From an uncultured Actinomycetes bacterium (GTDB lineage: Bacteria; Actinomycetota; Acidimicrobiia; IMCC26256; PALSA-555), in NCBI GenBank assembly GCA_903899845.1, contig CAIUKV010000008.1, forward strand, positions 12,533 to 76,532: a stretch of 64,000 nt of DNA. The letters run 5' to 3'. The translations under genes and the position numbers were made by a program. This document shows positions 54,299 to 62,711 of this stretch, one piece after another. Under the pieces are notes generated by a model. It was not told the DNA's origin. It did not search any database and saw only the letters and a program-made list of their open reading frames with translations. The number at the start of each line of letters is the position of its first letter. The stretch's first letter is position 1.

Positions 54299-55822
54299 GT
54301 GGGCGGGGTGGAAGCACCCGCCCCCGGACGCCGCCTGGGCGGCCGCTACCGGATCGACGCGCCGCTCGCCCGCGGCGGGATGGCCACCGTGTGGCGGGCC
54401 CACGACGAGCTGCTGGGCCGCGCCGTGGCGTGCAAGACCTTGCTCCCCGAGCTGACCCACGACGAGGCCCTCCGGAGCCGGTTCCGCCAGGAGGCCGTCG
54501 CCGCCGCCGGGATCGAGCACCCCAACGTCGTGTCCATCTACGACACCGGCGAGGACGACGGCACCGCCTTCATCGTGATGGAGCTGGTCGAGGGCGAGAG
54601 CCTGCGCGAGCGGCTCGACCGGGTCGGCGCCCTCGATCCGGCCACGGCCGGCGCGATCGCGGGCCAGGTCGCGATCGCCCTCGCGCACGCCCACGCCCAG
54701 GGCGTCGTCCACCGCGACGTCAAGCCCGCCAACGTGCTGCTCGGCCGCGACGGGGCGGTCAAGGTCACCGACTTCGGCATCGCCAAGGCGACCGGGGGTG
54801 CCGACCTCACCCGGACCGGCACGGTGGTGGGCACGGCGCGCTACCTGTCCCCCGAGCAGGTCCAGGGGCTGCCCACGGACGCGCGCACCGACGTCTACGC
54901 CCTCGGCCTCGTCCTCTACGAGATGCTGGCCGGGCGACCGGCCTACGCGGGCGACACCGAGTTCGCCACCGCGGTGGCCCGCCTCGCCGCCCCACCGGCC
55001 GACCTCACCCGGGTGCGGCCCGAGGTGCCGGCGCCCCTCGCCGCGGTCGTCGCCGCCGCCCTGCAGCCGGACGCCGCCCACCGGATCCCCGACGCCGCCT
55101 CCTTCGCCGAGCTCCTGCGCCGGGCCGCCGCCGGGGTGGCTCCGCCACCCGCCCCCCCGGCCCCGGGTCCCGTCGGCCCGCCCCCTGGATCGCCGCCCGG
55201 ATCGCCGCCCGCTTCGCCGGCGCAGGAGGCGGCGGGCCGGCGCCCGGCGGCGCCCGTTCGGCGTCGACGGGGTCCCGGTCGGGTGGTGCGGGTCGTCGCC
55301 TTCCTCGTGTTCCTCGCCGTCCTCGGCGTCGCCGCCGGCTTGGTGACGGCCCGCATCGTGGGCGACGACGGTCCCGGCCCGGTCGACGGCGCCGCGGGCG
55401 CCCCGGCGATCGTCGAGGTCCGCGACTACGACCCGGACGGCGACGGGGCGGAGAATCCCGCGGCCGTGGCCCGGGCCGTCGACGGCGATCCGGCCACGGC
55501 GTGGAGCAGCGAGACCTACGCGACGCGCGACCTCGGGGGCATCAAGGCCGGGGTCGGGCTCGTCGTCACGCTGCGCGACCCGACGCCGGTGTCGGAGGTG
55601 GCGCTCGACGGGGCAGCCGGGGCCGACGTCGAGATCCGCGTCGCCGACACCGCACCCGCGACCCTCTCCGGATGGGGACCGGTGCGGGGCCGGGGCACCG
55701 ACCTCGCCGCCGACGCGCGGATCGACGTCGATCCGGCGGTGACCGGGCGGGTCGTCCTGGTGTGGTTCACCCGGACCCCTCCGTCGGGTCGGATCGACGT
55801 ACGCGAGGTGCGCGTCGGCTGA
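54299..55822 (+). CDS. Ser/Thr protein kinase, single-pass membrane protein with an ectodomain of about 165 aa
   Basis: The catalytic motifs are intact: GGMATVW, VACK, HRDVKPANVLL, DFGIAKA, GTARYLSPEQ. TM segment VVAFLVFLAVLGVAAGLV. The ectodomain has DYDPDGDGAENP...DGDPATAWSSETY. Confidence 0.9.
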   Translation: MGGVEAPAPGRRLGGRYRIDAPLARGGMATVWRAHDELLGRAVACKTLLPELTHDEALRSRFRQEAVAAAGIEHPNVVSIYDTGEDDGTAFIVMELVEGESLRERLDRVGALDPATAGAIAGQVAIALAHAHAQGVVHRDVKPANVLLGRDGAVKVTDFGIAKATGGADLTRTGTVVGTARYLSPEQVQGLPTDARTDVYALGLVLYEMLAGRPAYAGDTEFATAVARLAAPPADLTRVRPEVPAPLAAVVAAALQPDAAHRIPDAASFAELLRRAAAGVAPPPAPPAPGPVGPPPGSPPGSPPASPAQEAAGRRPAAPVRRRRGPGRVVRVVAFLVFLAVLGVAAGLVTARIVGDDGPGPVDGAAGAPAIVEVRDYDPDGDGAENPAAVARAVDGDPATAWSSETYATRDLGGIKAGVGLVVTLRDPTPVSEVALDGAAGADVEIRVADTAPATLSGWGPVRGRGTDLAADARIDVDPAVTGRVVLVWFTRTPPSGRIDVREVRVG

Positions 55823-55887
55823 TCGGCCCGGGCCGCGCGGCGGACGGGGGCGCTACGCTGCCGACGGCGTCGAACCGGGAGCACACC

Positions 55888-56184
55888 GTGCGTGAAGACT
55901 GGGCCTCACAGGCCGCCGACACGATCGAGCACGTCGTCGGACTGGTCCGCGACCGGACGGTGGTCCCCGCCCGGGCCGCGGCGAAGGCGGTGGTCTACGG
56001 GCTGCTCGCCGGCGCGTTCGTGGCGGTGGCCACGGTGCTGGTCGTGATCGCCTTCTTCCGGGGCGCGTTCCTGGTCACGGGCCGGGTGTGGGGCGCCTAC
56101 CTGTGGACGGGCGCGATCCTCGTGATCGCGGGCATCGTCTGCTGGACGCGGCGGGCGCCCCGCAACCGGGAGACCTCGTCGTGA
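55888..56184 (+). CDS. Small membrane protein (98 aa, 2 TM)
   Basis: GTG 55888 in the frame of ORF 54391..56184. The stop overlaps the trxB GTG (GTGA). Confidence 0.55.
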   Translation: MREDWASQAADTIEHVVGLVRDRTVVPARAAAKAVVYGLLAGAFVAVATVLVVIAFFRGAFLVTGRVWGAYLWTGAILVIAGIVCWTRRAPRNRETSS

Positions 56185-57128
56185 GCACGGTGCACGAGCT
56201 CGTCATCGTCGGGTCGGGACCCTCGGGTCTGACCGCGGCGGTCTACGCCGGGCGGGCCAACCTGGCGCCGGTGCTGTTCGAGGGCATCGCCGCCGGTGGC
56301 CAGCTGATGTTGACGACCGAGGTCGAGAACTTCCCCGGCTTCCCCGACGGGATCCTCGGGCCCGAGCTCATGATGAAGTTCCGCGAGCAGGCGGGCCGGT
56401 TCGGCACCGAGTTCGTGACCGCCGACGTGGACCGCGTCGACTTCTCGACCCGGCCCTTCGGCGTGTGGGTCGGTGACACCGAGTACCGGGCCCGCTCGGT
56501 GATCGTGTCCACCGGCGCGAGCGCCCGCATGCTCGGGCTCGAGTCGGAGGCCCGCCTCCTCGGGCACGGGGTGTCCACCTGCGCCACCTGCGACGGGTTC
56601 TTCTTCCGCGACAAGCCGCTCGGCATCGTGGGCGGCGGCGACTCCGCGATCGAGGAGGCGCTCTTCCTCACCAAGTTCGCCACCAAGGTGGTCGTCATCC
56701 ACCGGCGCGACGAGCTGCGCGCCTCCAAGATCATGCAGGACCGGGCCTTCGCCAACGACAAGATCGAGTTCCGCTGGAACTCGGAGGTCGCGGAGATCGT
56801 CGGGGACCACGCCGTGGAGCACGTGGTGCTGCGCGACACCGCGACCGGCGACACCAGCACGCTCGACGTACAGGGGCTGTTCGTGGCCATCGGGCACGAC
56901 CCGAACACGTCGCTGTTCGCCGGTCAGCTCGACCTCGACCCCGACGGCTACATCGTCACCGTCCCCGGGTCCACCCGCACGTCGGTCGAGGGGGTGTTCG
57001 CCGCCGGCGACGTCCAGGACCACGTCTACCGGCAGGCCATCACCGCAGCCGGGAGCGGCTGCATGGCCGCGATCGAGGCCGAGCGCTGGCTGGCCCATGC
57101 CGACCATCACGCCCGCACCGACGCCTGA
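56181..57128 (+). CDS. trxB: Thioredoxin-disulfide reductase
   Basis: [16 protein letters not shown], the CATCDG redox motif, [15 protein letters not shown]. Confidence 0.95.
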   Translation: MSTVHELVIVGSGPSGLTAAVYAGRANLAPVLFEGIAAGGQLMLTTEVENFPGFPDGILGPELMMKFREQAGRFGTEFVTADVDRVDFSTRPFGVWVGDTEYRARSVIVSTGASARMLGLESEARLLGHGVSTCATCDGFFFRDKPLGIVGGGDSAIEEALFLTKFATKVVVIHRRDELRASKIMQDRAFANDKIEFRWNSEVAEIVGDHAVEHVVLRDTATGDTSTLDVQGLFVAIGHDPNTSLFAGQLDLDPDGYIVTVPGSTRTSVEGVFAAGDVQDHVYRQAITAAGSGCMAAIEAERWLAHADHHARTDA

Positions 57129-57252
57129 GGCCGGCCGCTCCACCCGTCGCTCCCTCCCGACCTCGTCCGGCCGACGCGGGCGGGCGGAATGGCGGGCCGT
57201 CTGGCCCGGTTCCACCGCCGGTACACTCCCGGCCACGCAGAAAGGACCTCCC

Positions 57253-57591
57253 GTGGCGAAGAACATCCTCGACCTGTCCGACGCGACCTTCGACGAGACG
57301 ATCGGCAGCGCCGACACCCCGGTGCTCGTCGACTTCTGGGCCGAGTGGTGCGGACCGTGCCACATGATCGCTCCGGTGCTCGAGGAGATCGCCACCGAGC
57401 AGGCGGGCAAGATCCGGATCGCCAAGGTCAACGTCGACGACAATCCGACCACCGCGCAGCGGTTCAACGTGATGAGCATCCCCACGCTGCTCGTGTTCAC
57501 CCCGGGCGACTCGTCGGCCGAGGTGAAGCGGCTGGTGGGCGCCAAGGGCAAGGGCCAGCTGCTCCAGGAGCTCGCCGAGTACGTCGGCTGA
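57253..57591 (+). CDS. trxA: Thioredoxin
   Basis: VLVDFWAEWCGPCHMIAP active site. GTG 57253 is preceded by AAAGGA. Confidence 0.95.
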   Translation: MAKNILDLSDATFDETIGSADTPVLVDFWAEWCGPCHMIAPVLEEIATEQAGKIRIAKVNVDDNPTTAQRFNVMSIPTLLVFTPGDSSAEVKRLVGAKGKGQLLQELAEYVG

Positions 57592-57625
57592 GGACGGCCC
57601 CCGGGCCGTCGGAGCATCGATCGCC

Positions 57626-58645
57626 GTGGCCGACCCGCTCACCCGGGGAAGCCGGGGCGAAGGCGTCCGCGACCTGCAGTCCCGGCTCGGCGTCCTCGGG
57701 TACCGCTGCGACGCCGATCCGGCCGGGGTGTTCGGCGGGGCGACCGAGGCGTCGGTCAATGCGTTCCAGCGGGACCGGGGGCTGCGGGTCGACGGCGTCG
57801 TCGGGCGACACACCTGGTCCTCGTTGGTCGAGAGCGGGTTCGCCCTGGGCGACCGGCTGCTCTACTTCCGTCAGCCGCTCGTGCGGGGCGACGACGTCGC
57901 CGACCTCCAGCGGCGGCTGAACACCCTCGGGTTCGACGCCCGACGGGTCGACGGCCTCTTCGGGCCGGAGACCCACCGGGCGCTGGTCGAGTTCCAGCGC
58001 AGCGCCGGGCTGGTCCCCGACGGCATCTGCGGACCCGACGCGGTCGCGGCCCTCGACCGGGTCGGCGGGATGGCCGCCGGATCGGTCGCCACCGTCCGGG
58101 AACGCGACGAGATGCGGCGGGGCCCCCACCGCATCGAGGGGCGACGGATCTTCGTGGCCGCGGCGCCGGGTCTGGCCGTGGTCGGCGACAACGTCGCCCG
58201 CGGGCTCACGCTGGCCCGGGCGAGGGTCGTGCTCGACACGAGCGGCGACGACGAGTCGATGCTCGCCCGTGCCGCCAACGGGTTCGACGCCGATCTCTAC
58301 CTCGGCCTGGCCTTCGGGACCGGTCCGCCGCGCTGCGTGCACTTCGCGACGACCGGCTTCCGGTCGGAGACCGGGGTCGTGGTCGCCGACGCCGTGGCCC
58401 GCCAGTTCGCCGACGAGCTCGCCGGCTCCGCCTCGGTCGCCGGTGCGGCGTACCCCGTGCTGCGGGAGACGCGCATGGCCGCGGTCGTGTGCGAGCTGGT
58501 CCCGTCCGGGGATGCGCCGGCGCTCGCCGCGGTGGTGCACCGGTCCGGCGCGGTGGCCCGGGCCGTGGTGCGGGGCGTGCGCCAGGCCTGGGAGCGACCG
58601 GCCCGCGACGGCTCCCCCGGAGCCGGCGCCCCACCGGACGAGTGA
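57626..58645 (+). CDS. cwlM: CwlM-like N-acetylmuramoyl-L-alanine amidase (two PG-binding repeats plus an Amidase_3 domain)
   Basis: Two repeats of the G.DV..LQ..L...G......DG.FG..T..A...FQ type, then an amidase_3-like C half. It holds the conserved position after trxA. Confidence 0.8.
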   Translation: MADPLTRGSRGEGVRDLQSRLGVLGYRCDADPAGVFGGATEASVNAFQRDRGLRVDGVVGRHTWSSLVESGFALGDRLLYFRQPLVRGDDVADLQRRLNTLGFDARRVDGLFGPETHRALVEFQRSAGLVPDGICGPDAVAALDRVGGMAAGSVATVRERDEMRRGPHRIEGRRIFVAAAPGLAVVGDNVARGLTLARARVVLDTSGDDESMLARAANGFDADLYLGLAFGTGPPRCVHFATTGFRSETGVVVADAVARQFADELAGSASVAGAAYPVLRETRMAAVVCELVPSGDAPALAAVVHRSGAVARAVVRGVRQAWERPARDGSPGAGAPPDE

Positions 58646-58709
58646 TTGCTGCCGCAATCATTGTTCCCAGGGTGCTCCAGTTGCGCCCGCGAGACGGCGC
58701 GGCCGCACA

Positions 58710-58733
58710 AGGTCGTTGCCGAAGCAACGACCT
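58710..58733. terminator. Perfect 10-bp stem / 4-nt loop hairpin (AGGTCGTTGC-cgaa-GCAACGACCT) between convergent cwlM and parB
   Basis: Read directly. A second 7-bp hairpin, TGATTGC-tgcc-GCAATCA, lies at 58643-58660 and overlaps the cwlM stop. Confidence 0.6.
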
Positions 58734-58742
58734 CGGGAGGGG

Positions 58743-59654
58743 TCAGGCGTCGGGAACCGCCACCCGGTCCTCGGTGAGGCGCCGGTAGATCCGCTCGAGG
58801 TCCTCGAGTCCGGCGAAGTCCACGGTGATGCGGCCCTTGCCCCCTGCGTTCATCGCGATCTTGACCCGGGTCTCGAGGTGATCGGCCAGCATCTCCTCCA
58901 GCTCGGCGATGCCGGCCGGGCGGGTCCGGCGCCGCGTGGGGTCCTTGCCGGGCCCAGGATCGTCGGGCCCGTCGGGACCGTCGTTGTGCGCCCGCACCAG
59001 CTGCTCCACGGTCCGGACCGACAGGTCCTCCTTGGGGATGCGCCTGGCCAGCTGCTCCTGGAACGCCCGGTCGGGCGTGCCGAGGAGCGCGCGGGCGTGG
59101 CCCATCGACAGCTGCCGGTCCCGAACCAGCCGCTGGATCGACGGGGGCAGGCTCAGGAGCCGCAGCGTGTTGGTCACGGAGGCCCGGCTGCATCCGGCCT
59201 TCTGGGCCACCTGCTCGTGGGTGAGCCCGAAATCGTCGATCAGCTGCTGGTAGGCGCCGGCCTCCTCGAGCGGGTTGAGCTCCTGGCGCTGGATGTTCTC
59301 GACCAGGGCCTGCTCCAGCGCTGCGCCGTCGTCGGTCTCGCGCACCAGCGCCGGGATCCGGGCCAGGCCGACCCGGCGGGCCGCCCGCCACCGGCGCTCG
59401 CCGGCGATGAGCTCGTAGCCCCCGTCGGCCGGGCGCACGAGCACGGGCTGGAGCACCCCCACGGCCCGGATGCTGTCGGCGAGCGCGCTGAGTGCGGCCT
59501 CGTCGAACTGGTCCCGCGGCTGGTACGGGTTGGGTCGGATCGCCGTGACCTCGAGCTCGAGGAGGGCGGGGCCACCCCGGGCCGACCGGGGGGCCGCCGA
59601 TCCCCCGGGGATGAGCGCATCGAGTCCCCTACCCAGGCTGTCGGGTCGCGCCAC
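58743..59654 (-). CDS. parB: Chromosome partitioning protein ParB
   Basis: LGRGLDALIP..., IRPNPYQPR, GERRWRAA, HTH segment THEQVAQKAGCSRASVTN. Confidence 0.95.
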   Translation of the reverse strand: MARPDSLGRGLDALIPGGSAAPRSARGGPALLELEVTAIRPNPYQPRDQFDEAALSALADSIRAVGVLQPVLVRPADGGYELIAGERRWRAARRVGLARIPALVRETDDGAALEQALVENIQRQELNPLEEAGAYQQLIDDFGLTHEQVAQKAGCSRASVTNTLRLLSLPPSIQRLVRDRQLSMGHARALLGTPDRAFQEQLARRIPKEDLSVRTVEQLVRAHNDGPDGPDDPGPGKDPTRRRTRPAGIAELEEMLADHLETRVKIAMNAGGKGRITVDFAGLEDLERIYRRLTEDRVAVPDA

Positions 59655-60783
59655 GGCTGACCTCCTTGGCGAGGTCGCGGTAGGCCTGCGCCCCCCGCGA
59701 CGTGGAATCGAACGTGATGATGGACTGCCCGTGGCTCGGGGCCTCGCTGAGGCGCACGGTGCGCGGGATCACGGTCTCGTAGACCTTCTCGCCGAAGTAG
59801 TCGCGCACCTCGGCGATCACCCGGTCGGCGAGCTTGGTCCGGGCGTCGTACATGGTGAGGACGATGCCCCGGAGGTCGAGTCCCGGATTGAGATTGGTCT
59901 GGATCAGGCCGATGTTCCGCCAGAGGGCCGCCACGCCCTCCAGGGCGTAGTACTCGCACTGCACCGGGACGATCACGTCGTCGGCGGCCGCCAGCCCGTT
60001 GACGGTGAGCAGCCCGAGCGACGGCGGGCAGTCGATGATCACGAGGTCGTAGTCGGGCCGGACGGCGTCGATCGCCCGGCGCAGGCGCATCTCGCGGCTC
60101 ATCGCCGGCACCAGCTCGATCTCGGCGCCGGCCAGGTCGATGGTCGCCGGGGCCACGAAGAGGTTCTTCAGGCTGGTCGACTCGACCACGTCCTCGAGCG
60201 GCACGTCGGCGAGCAGGACGTCGTAGACCGAGCGCTCGACGTCCCGGGAGATGATCCCGAGGCCGCTCGAGGCGTTGCCCTGGGGGTCGAGGTCCACGAT
60301 GAGCACCCGGAACCCGAGCTCCGCCAGCGCGGCGCCGAGGTTGACCGTCGTCGTGGTCTTGCCCACCCCGCCCTTCTGGTTGGCGATCGCCACCACCCGG
60401 GGCAGGACCATCGGGGGAGCCGGACCCTCCGGAGCATCGGGGAGCTTGGCGGTCTCGAGCACCGGACCGACCGGCTCGTCCGGCTCCGGGTCGACCGTCG
60501 GGGGCGCCGCCTCCTCGGTCGGCGCCTCGGTCGGCGCCTCGGTCGATGCCTCGGTCGATGCCTCGACCTCTACCGGGTCGGCCGCTTCGACCGGCGCCTC
60601 CGGTGACGCCGCGGCCTCGGATCGCGTCGGGGCGGGGGCCGGGACCGGAGCGGCCGTCACCGGGGTCGGGGGCGGGCCGACCGGCTCCTCGGGATCGGCT
60701 GCGGCGGCGGGCTGCGGCGGCGCCGGTGCGGGCGCCGGGCCCGGGCGCTGCGCACGCCGCGAGCCACGACCTTTCTTCAGCAA
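59629..60783 (-). CDS. parA: Chromosome partitioning ATPase ParA with a low-complexity N-terminal extension of about 125 aa
   Basis: VVAIANQKGGVGKTTTTVNL (deviant Walker A), VIIDCPPSLG. The start is uncertain. TTG 60783 follows GGGGAGGAA. The core could instead start at ATG near 60411. The ORF-track start at 60891 is less likely. Confidence 0.85.
   Translation of the reverse strand: MLKKGRGSRRAQRPGPAPAPAPPQPAAAADPEEPVGPPPTPVTAAPVPAPAPTRSEAAASPEAPVEAADPVEVEASTEASTEAPTEAPTEEAAPPTVDPEPDEPVGPVLETAKLPDAPEGPAPPMVLPRVVAIANQKGGVGKTTTTVNLGAALAELGFRVLIVDLDPQGNASSGLGIISRDVERSVYDVLLADVPLEDVVESTSLKNLFVAPATIDLAGAEIELVPAMSREMRLRRAIDAVRPDYDLVIIDCPPSLGLLTVNGLAAADDVIVPVQCEYYALEGVAALWRNIGLIQTNLNPGLDLRGIVLTMYDARTKLADRVIAEVRDYFGEKVYETVIPRTVRLSEAPSHGQSIITFDSTSRGAQAYRDLAKEVSRGATRQPG
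60513..60560 (-). repeat. Coding 12-bp tandem repeats (2+2 units) giving EASTEASTEAPTEAPT in the ParA extension
   Basis: The plus strand reads cctcggtcggcg x2, then cctcggtcgatg x2. Confidence 0.8.
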
Positions 60784-60998
60784 CGTTCCTCCCCGGGCGG
60801 CCGTGATGACGTGGTCAGGATACGTCGTGGATGCCGAGGGCGGGCGGACACCCCCCCACGCCGCCCCGGAGCGGGTCGCCGTCGGCCTCACGGAGGGGTC
60901 CAGCCTCCGCCCGACACGCCCAGCGGATCACGGCCCCCGGGAGCGGGGCCCAGGGAGCGGGCCGGGGAGGCCGTGGGTCCGGCCGGTGGGCGCCACGA

Positions 60999-61014
60999 GG
61001 TTCCACGTGGAACC
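60999..61014. promoter_or_regulatory. parS-like 16-bp perfect palindrome GGTTCCACGTGGAACC
   Basis: Differs from the canonical tGTTTCACGTGAAACa by a symmetric T-to-C / A-to-G change. Lies in the rsmG-parA spacer. Confidence 0.65.
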
Positions 61015-61035
61015 CTCGCCGTCACCCGTCCCAGG

Positions 61036-61051
61036 CGTTCCACGTGGAACA
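61036..61051. promoter_or_regulatory. Second parS-like site CGTTCCACGTGGAACA (14-bp palindromic core)
   Basis: Same core, GTTCCACGTGGAAC, centred 37 bp from the first site. Confidence 0.65.
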
Positions 61052-61068
61052 CCGCAGGAGGCTCGGGA

Positions 61069-61698
61069 TCAGCGCCAGCGGGGCCGCTTCTCGGGCACAC
61101 CGGTGCGGCGGGGGATCCCCGCACCCACGGGGCCGGTCCGGCGCAGCACCACGAAGCGGGCGCCCGCCGAGGCGGTCCGCTCGACCGCGAGACCGAGTCC
61201 GGCCAGTGGCCCGGCCGGCCAGCGGTCGCCGACGTCCTCGGGCGGCTCGCTCACCACCAGCTCGCCGTCGGGCCGGAGGAACCCGACGGCACACTCCGCG
61301 GTTGCGGCCGGGGGCCCGAACGAGCGGGCCGTGACCAGGTCGAAGCGCTCGCGGAGCGTCGGGTCGTGGGCCGCCACCTCGGCCCGCTCGCACACGACCG
61401 AGACCCGATCGGCCACGCCCAGGCGCCCGCAGGCCTGCTCCAGGAACTCGGCCCGGCGACGCATCGCCTCGAGGAGGACTCCGGTCGCGTCGGGCCAAGT
61501 CACAGCGAGCACGAGGCCGGGGAGGCCTCCCCCCGAGCCCAGGTCCAGGAACGACTCGGGGGTCCGCGTCGGCATCGACGCGAACCCCCGGGCGTGATCG
61601 ATCTGGGGTGGGACTGGCCCCGGTCCGAGGAACCCGAGCGACCGCGCCTCGGTGAGGACGCGCTCGAGGTCGTCGGCCGGGACCGGGGCCGGACTCAC
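61069..61698 (-). CDS. rsmG: 16S rRNA (guanine527-N7)-methyltransferase
   Basis: FLDLGSGGGLPGLVLA SAM motif. 209 aa, in the conserved position between jag and parA. Confidence 0.9.
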   Translation of the reverse strand: MSPAPVPADDLERVLTEARSLGFLGPGPVPPQIDHARGFASMPTRTPESFLDLGSGGGLPGLVLAVTWPDATGVLLEAMRRRAEFLEQACGRLGVADRVSVVCERAEVAAHDPTLRERFDLVTARSFGPPAATAECAVGFLRPDGELVVSEPPEDVGDRWPAGPLAGLGLAVERTASAGARFVVLRRTGPVGAGIPRRTGVPEKRPRWR

Positions 61699-62702
61699 TC
61701 GGGGCGCAGCACCACGCGCCGCCTCGGCTCCTCGCCCTCCGAGGTGGTCGCGACCCCGGGGATCCCGGCGACGGTGTCGTGCACGACCTTGCGGTCGGCG
61801 GCCGACATCGGCTCGAGCGAGAGCTCCTCGCCGCTGTCGCGGACCCGGCCGGCGAGGTCCTCCGCGAACCGGGCCAGCGCGGCCCGGCGCTTGGCCTGGT
61901 ACCCGGCGACGTCGAGGTGGATCCGGGCCCCCTGACCGTCGGTCCGGCGCTGCACGACGGTCCGCAGGAGGTCCTCGATCGCCCGCAGGGTCGCGCCCTT
62001 CGGACCGACCAGGATGCCGAGGTCGGGCCCGTCGACGTCCACGAAGACCGTGTCCTCCTCGATGCGGACGGCCACGTCACCCGGCAGGGCGAACGCACCG
62101 ACCAGCCCCCGCATGAACTCGTCCGCGGCGTCGGCCTGCTCCCCGATCGGGATCTCGGTGGTCTCGGTCATCGCTGTCTCCTCCTGCTGCGGGCGCGGCC
62201 CTCGGCCACCCCGGCTCCGTCGCCGGCGGTTTCCGGCCCCACCTTCCGATGATCCGGCGGCGCCGTTCCCCGGTGCCTCCGCCACCCCTGCGGCACCCGA
62301 CCCGGGCGCCGAGTCGTCCGCTGCGCGGTCCCGGTCGCTGCCGCCCGGGCGGCCGGCTTCCTTGGGTCGCGCGCCGCCACCCTTGCGGTCGCCACCGGCC
62401 TTGCGGTCGCCACCGGCCTTGCGGTCTCCGCCACCCTTGCGGGCGCCGCCGTCCGGCCGCGAGCCCCGGCCGCCGCGACCACCCGAGCCCCGGCGGGGGC
62501 CCCGGTCGCCGGGCTTCTCCCGGGAGATCGGTCGGATCCGCGCCCGGATCCGCGCCGGATGGGCGCCGATCCGACCGAACAGCCCGCTGCGGGGCTCCTC
62601 GATCACGCTGTACTCGACTTCGTCCTCATCGACCCCGAGCTCGTCGAGCGCGGCGTCGAGGGCCGCGGCCACGGTCGGACCGGTCGTCTCCACCCATTCC
62701 AT
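61695..62702 (-). CDS. jag: Jag/KhpB RNA-binding protein (Jag_N, KH, R3H) with an Arg/Gly-rich repeat linker
   Basis: N-terminal MEWVETTGPTVAAALDAALDELGV, a C-terminal KH/R3H region (...MSAADRKVVHDTV...SEGEEPRRRVVL), and a GGDRKA repeat linker. Confidence 0.85.
   Translation of the reverse strand: MEWVETTGPTVAAALDAALDELGVDEDEVEYSVIEEPRSGLFGRIGAHPARIRARIRPISREKPGDRGPRRGSGGRGGRGSRPDGGARKGGGDRKAGGDRKAGGDRKGGGARPKEAGRPGGSDRDRAADDSAPGSGAAGVAEAPGNGAAGSSEGGAGNRRRRSRGGRGPRPQQEETAMTETTEIPIGEQADAADEFMRGLVGAFALPGDVAVRIEEDTVFVDVDGPDLGILVGPKGATLRAIEDLLRTVVQRRTDGQGARIHLDVAGYQAKRRAALARFAEDLAGRVRDSGEELSLEPMSAADRKVVHDTVAGIPGVATTSEGEEPRRRVVLRPE
62381..62452 (-). repeat. Coding 18-bp tandem repeat, about 4 units (GGDRKA)n
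   Basis: The plus strand reads ccttgcggtcgccaccgg x2, followed by two degenerate units. Confidence 0.8.
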
Positions 62703-62711
62703 GTGTCTGCC

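Noticed and set aside
62381-62452. Short tandem repeats (also at 46968..47012, 60513..60560, 30796..30840, 35650..35700) as possible CRISPR or VNTR arrays
   Set aside because: All lie inside well-supported coding frames. Their unit lengths are multiples of 3, they have no spacers, and they encode low-complexity linkers. They are not CRISPR arrays. Slippage-type variability is still possible.
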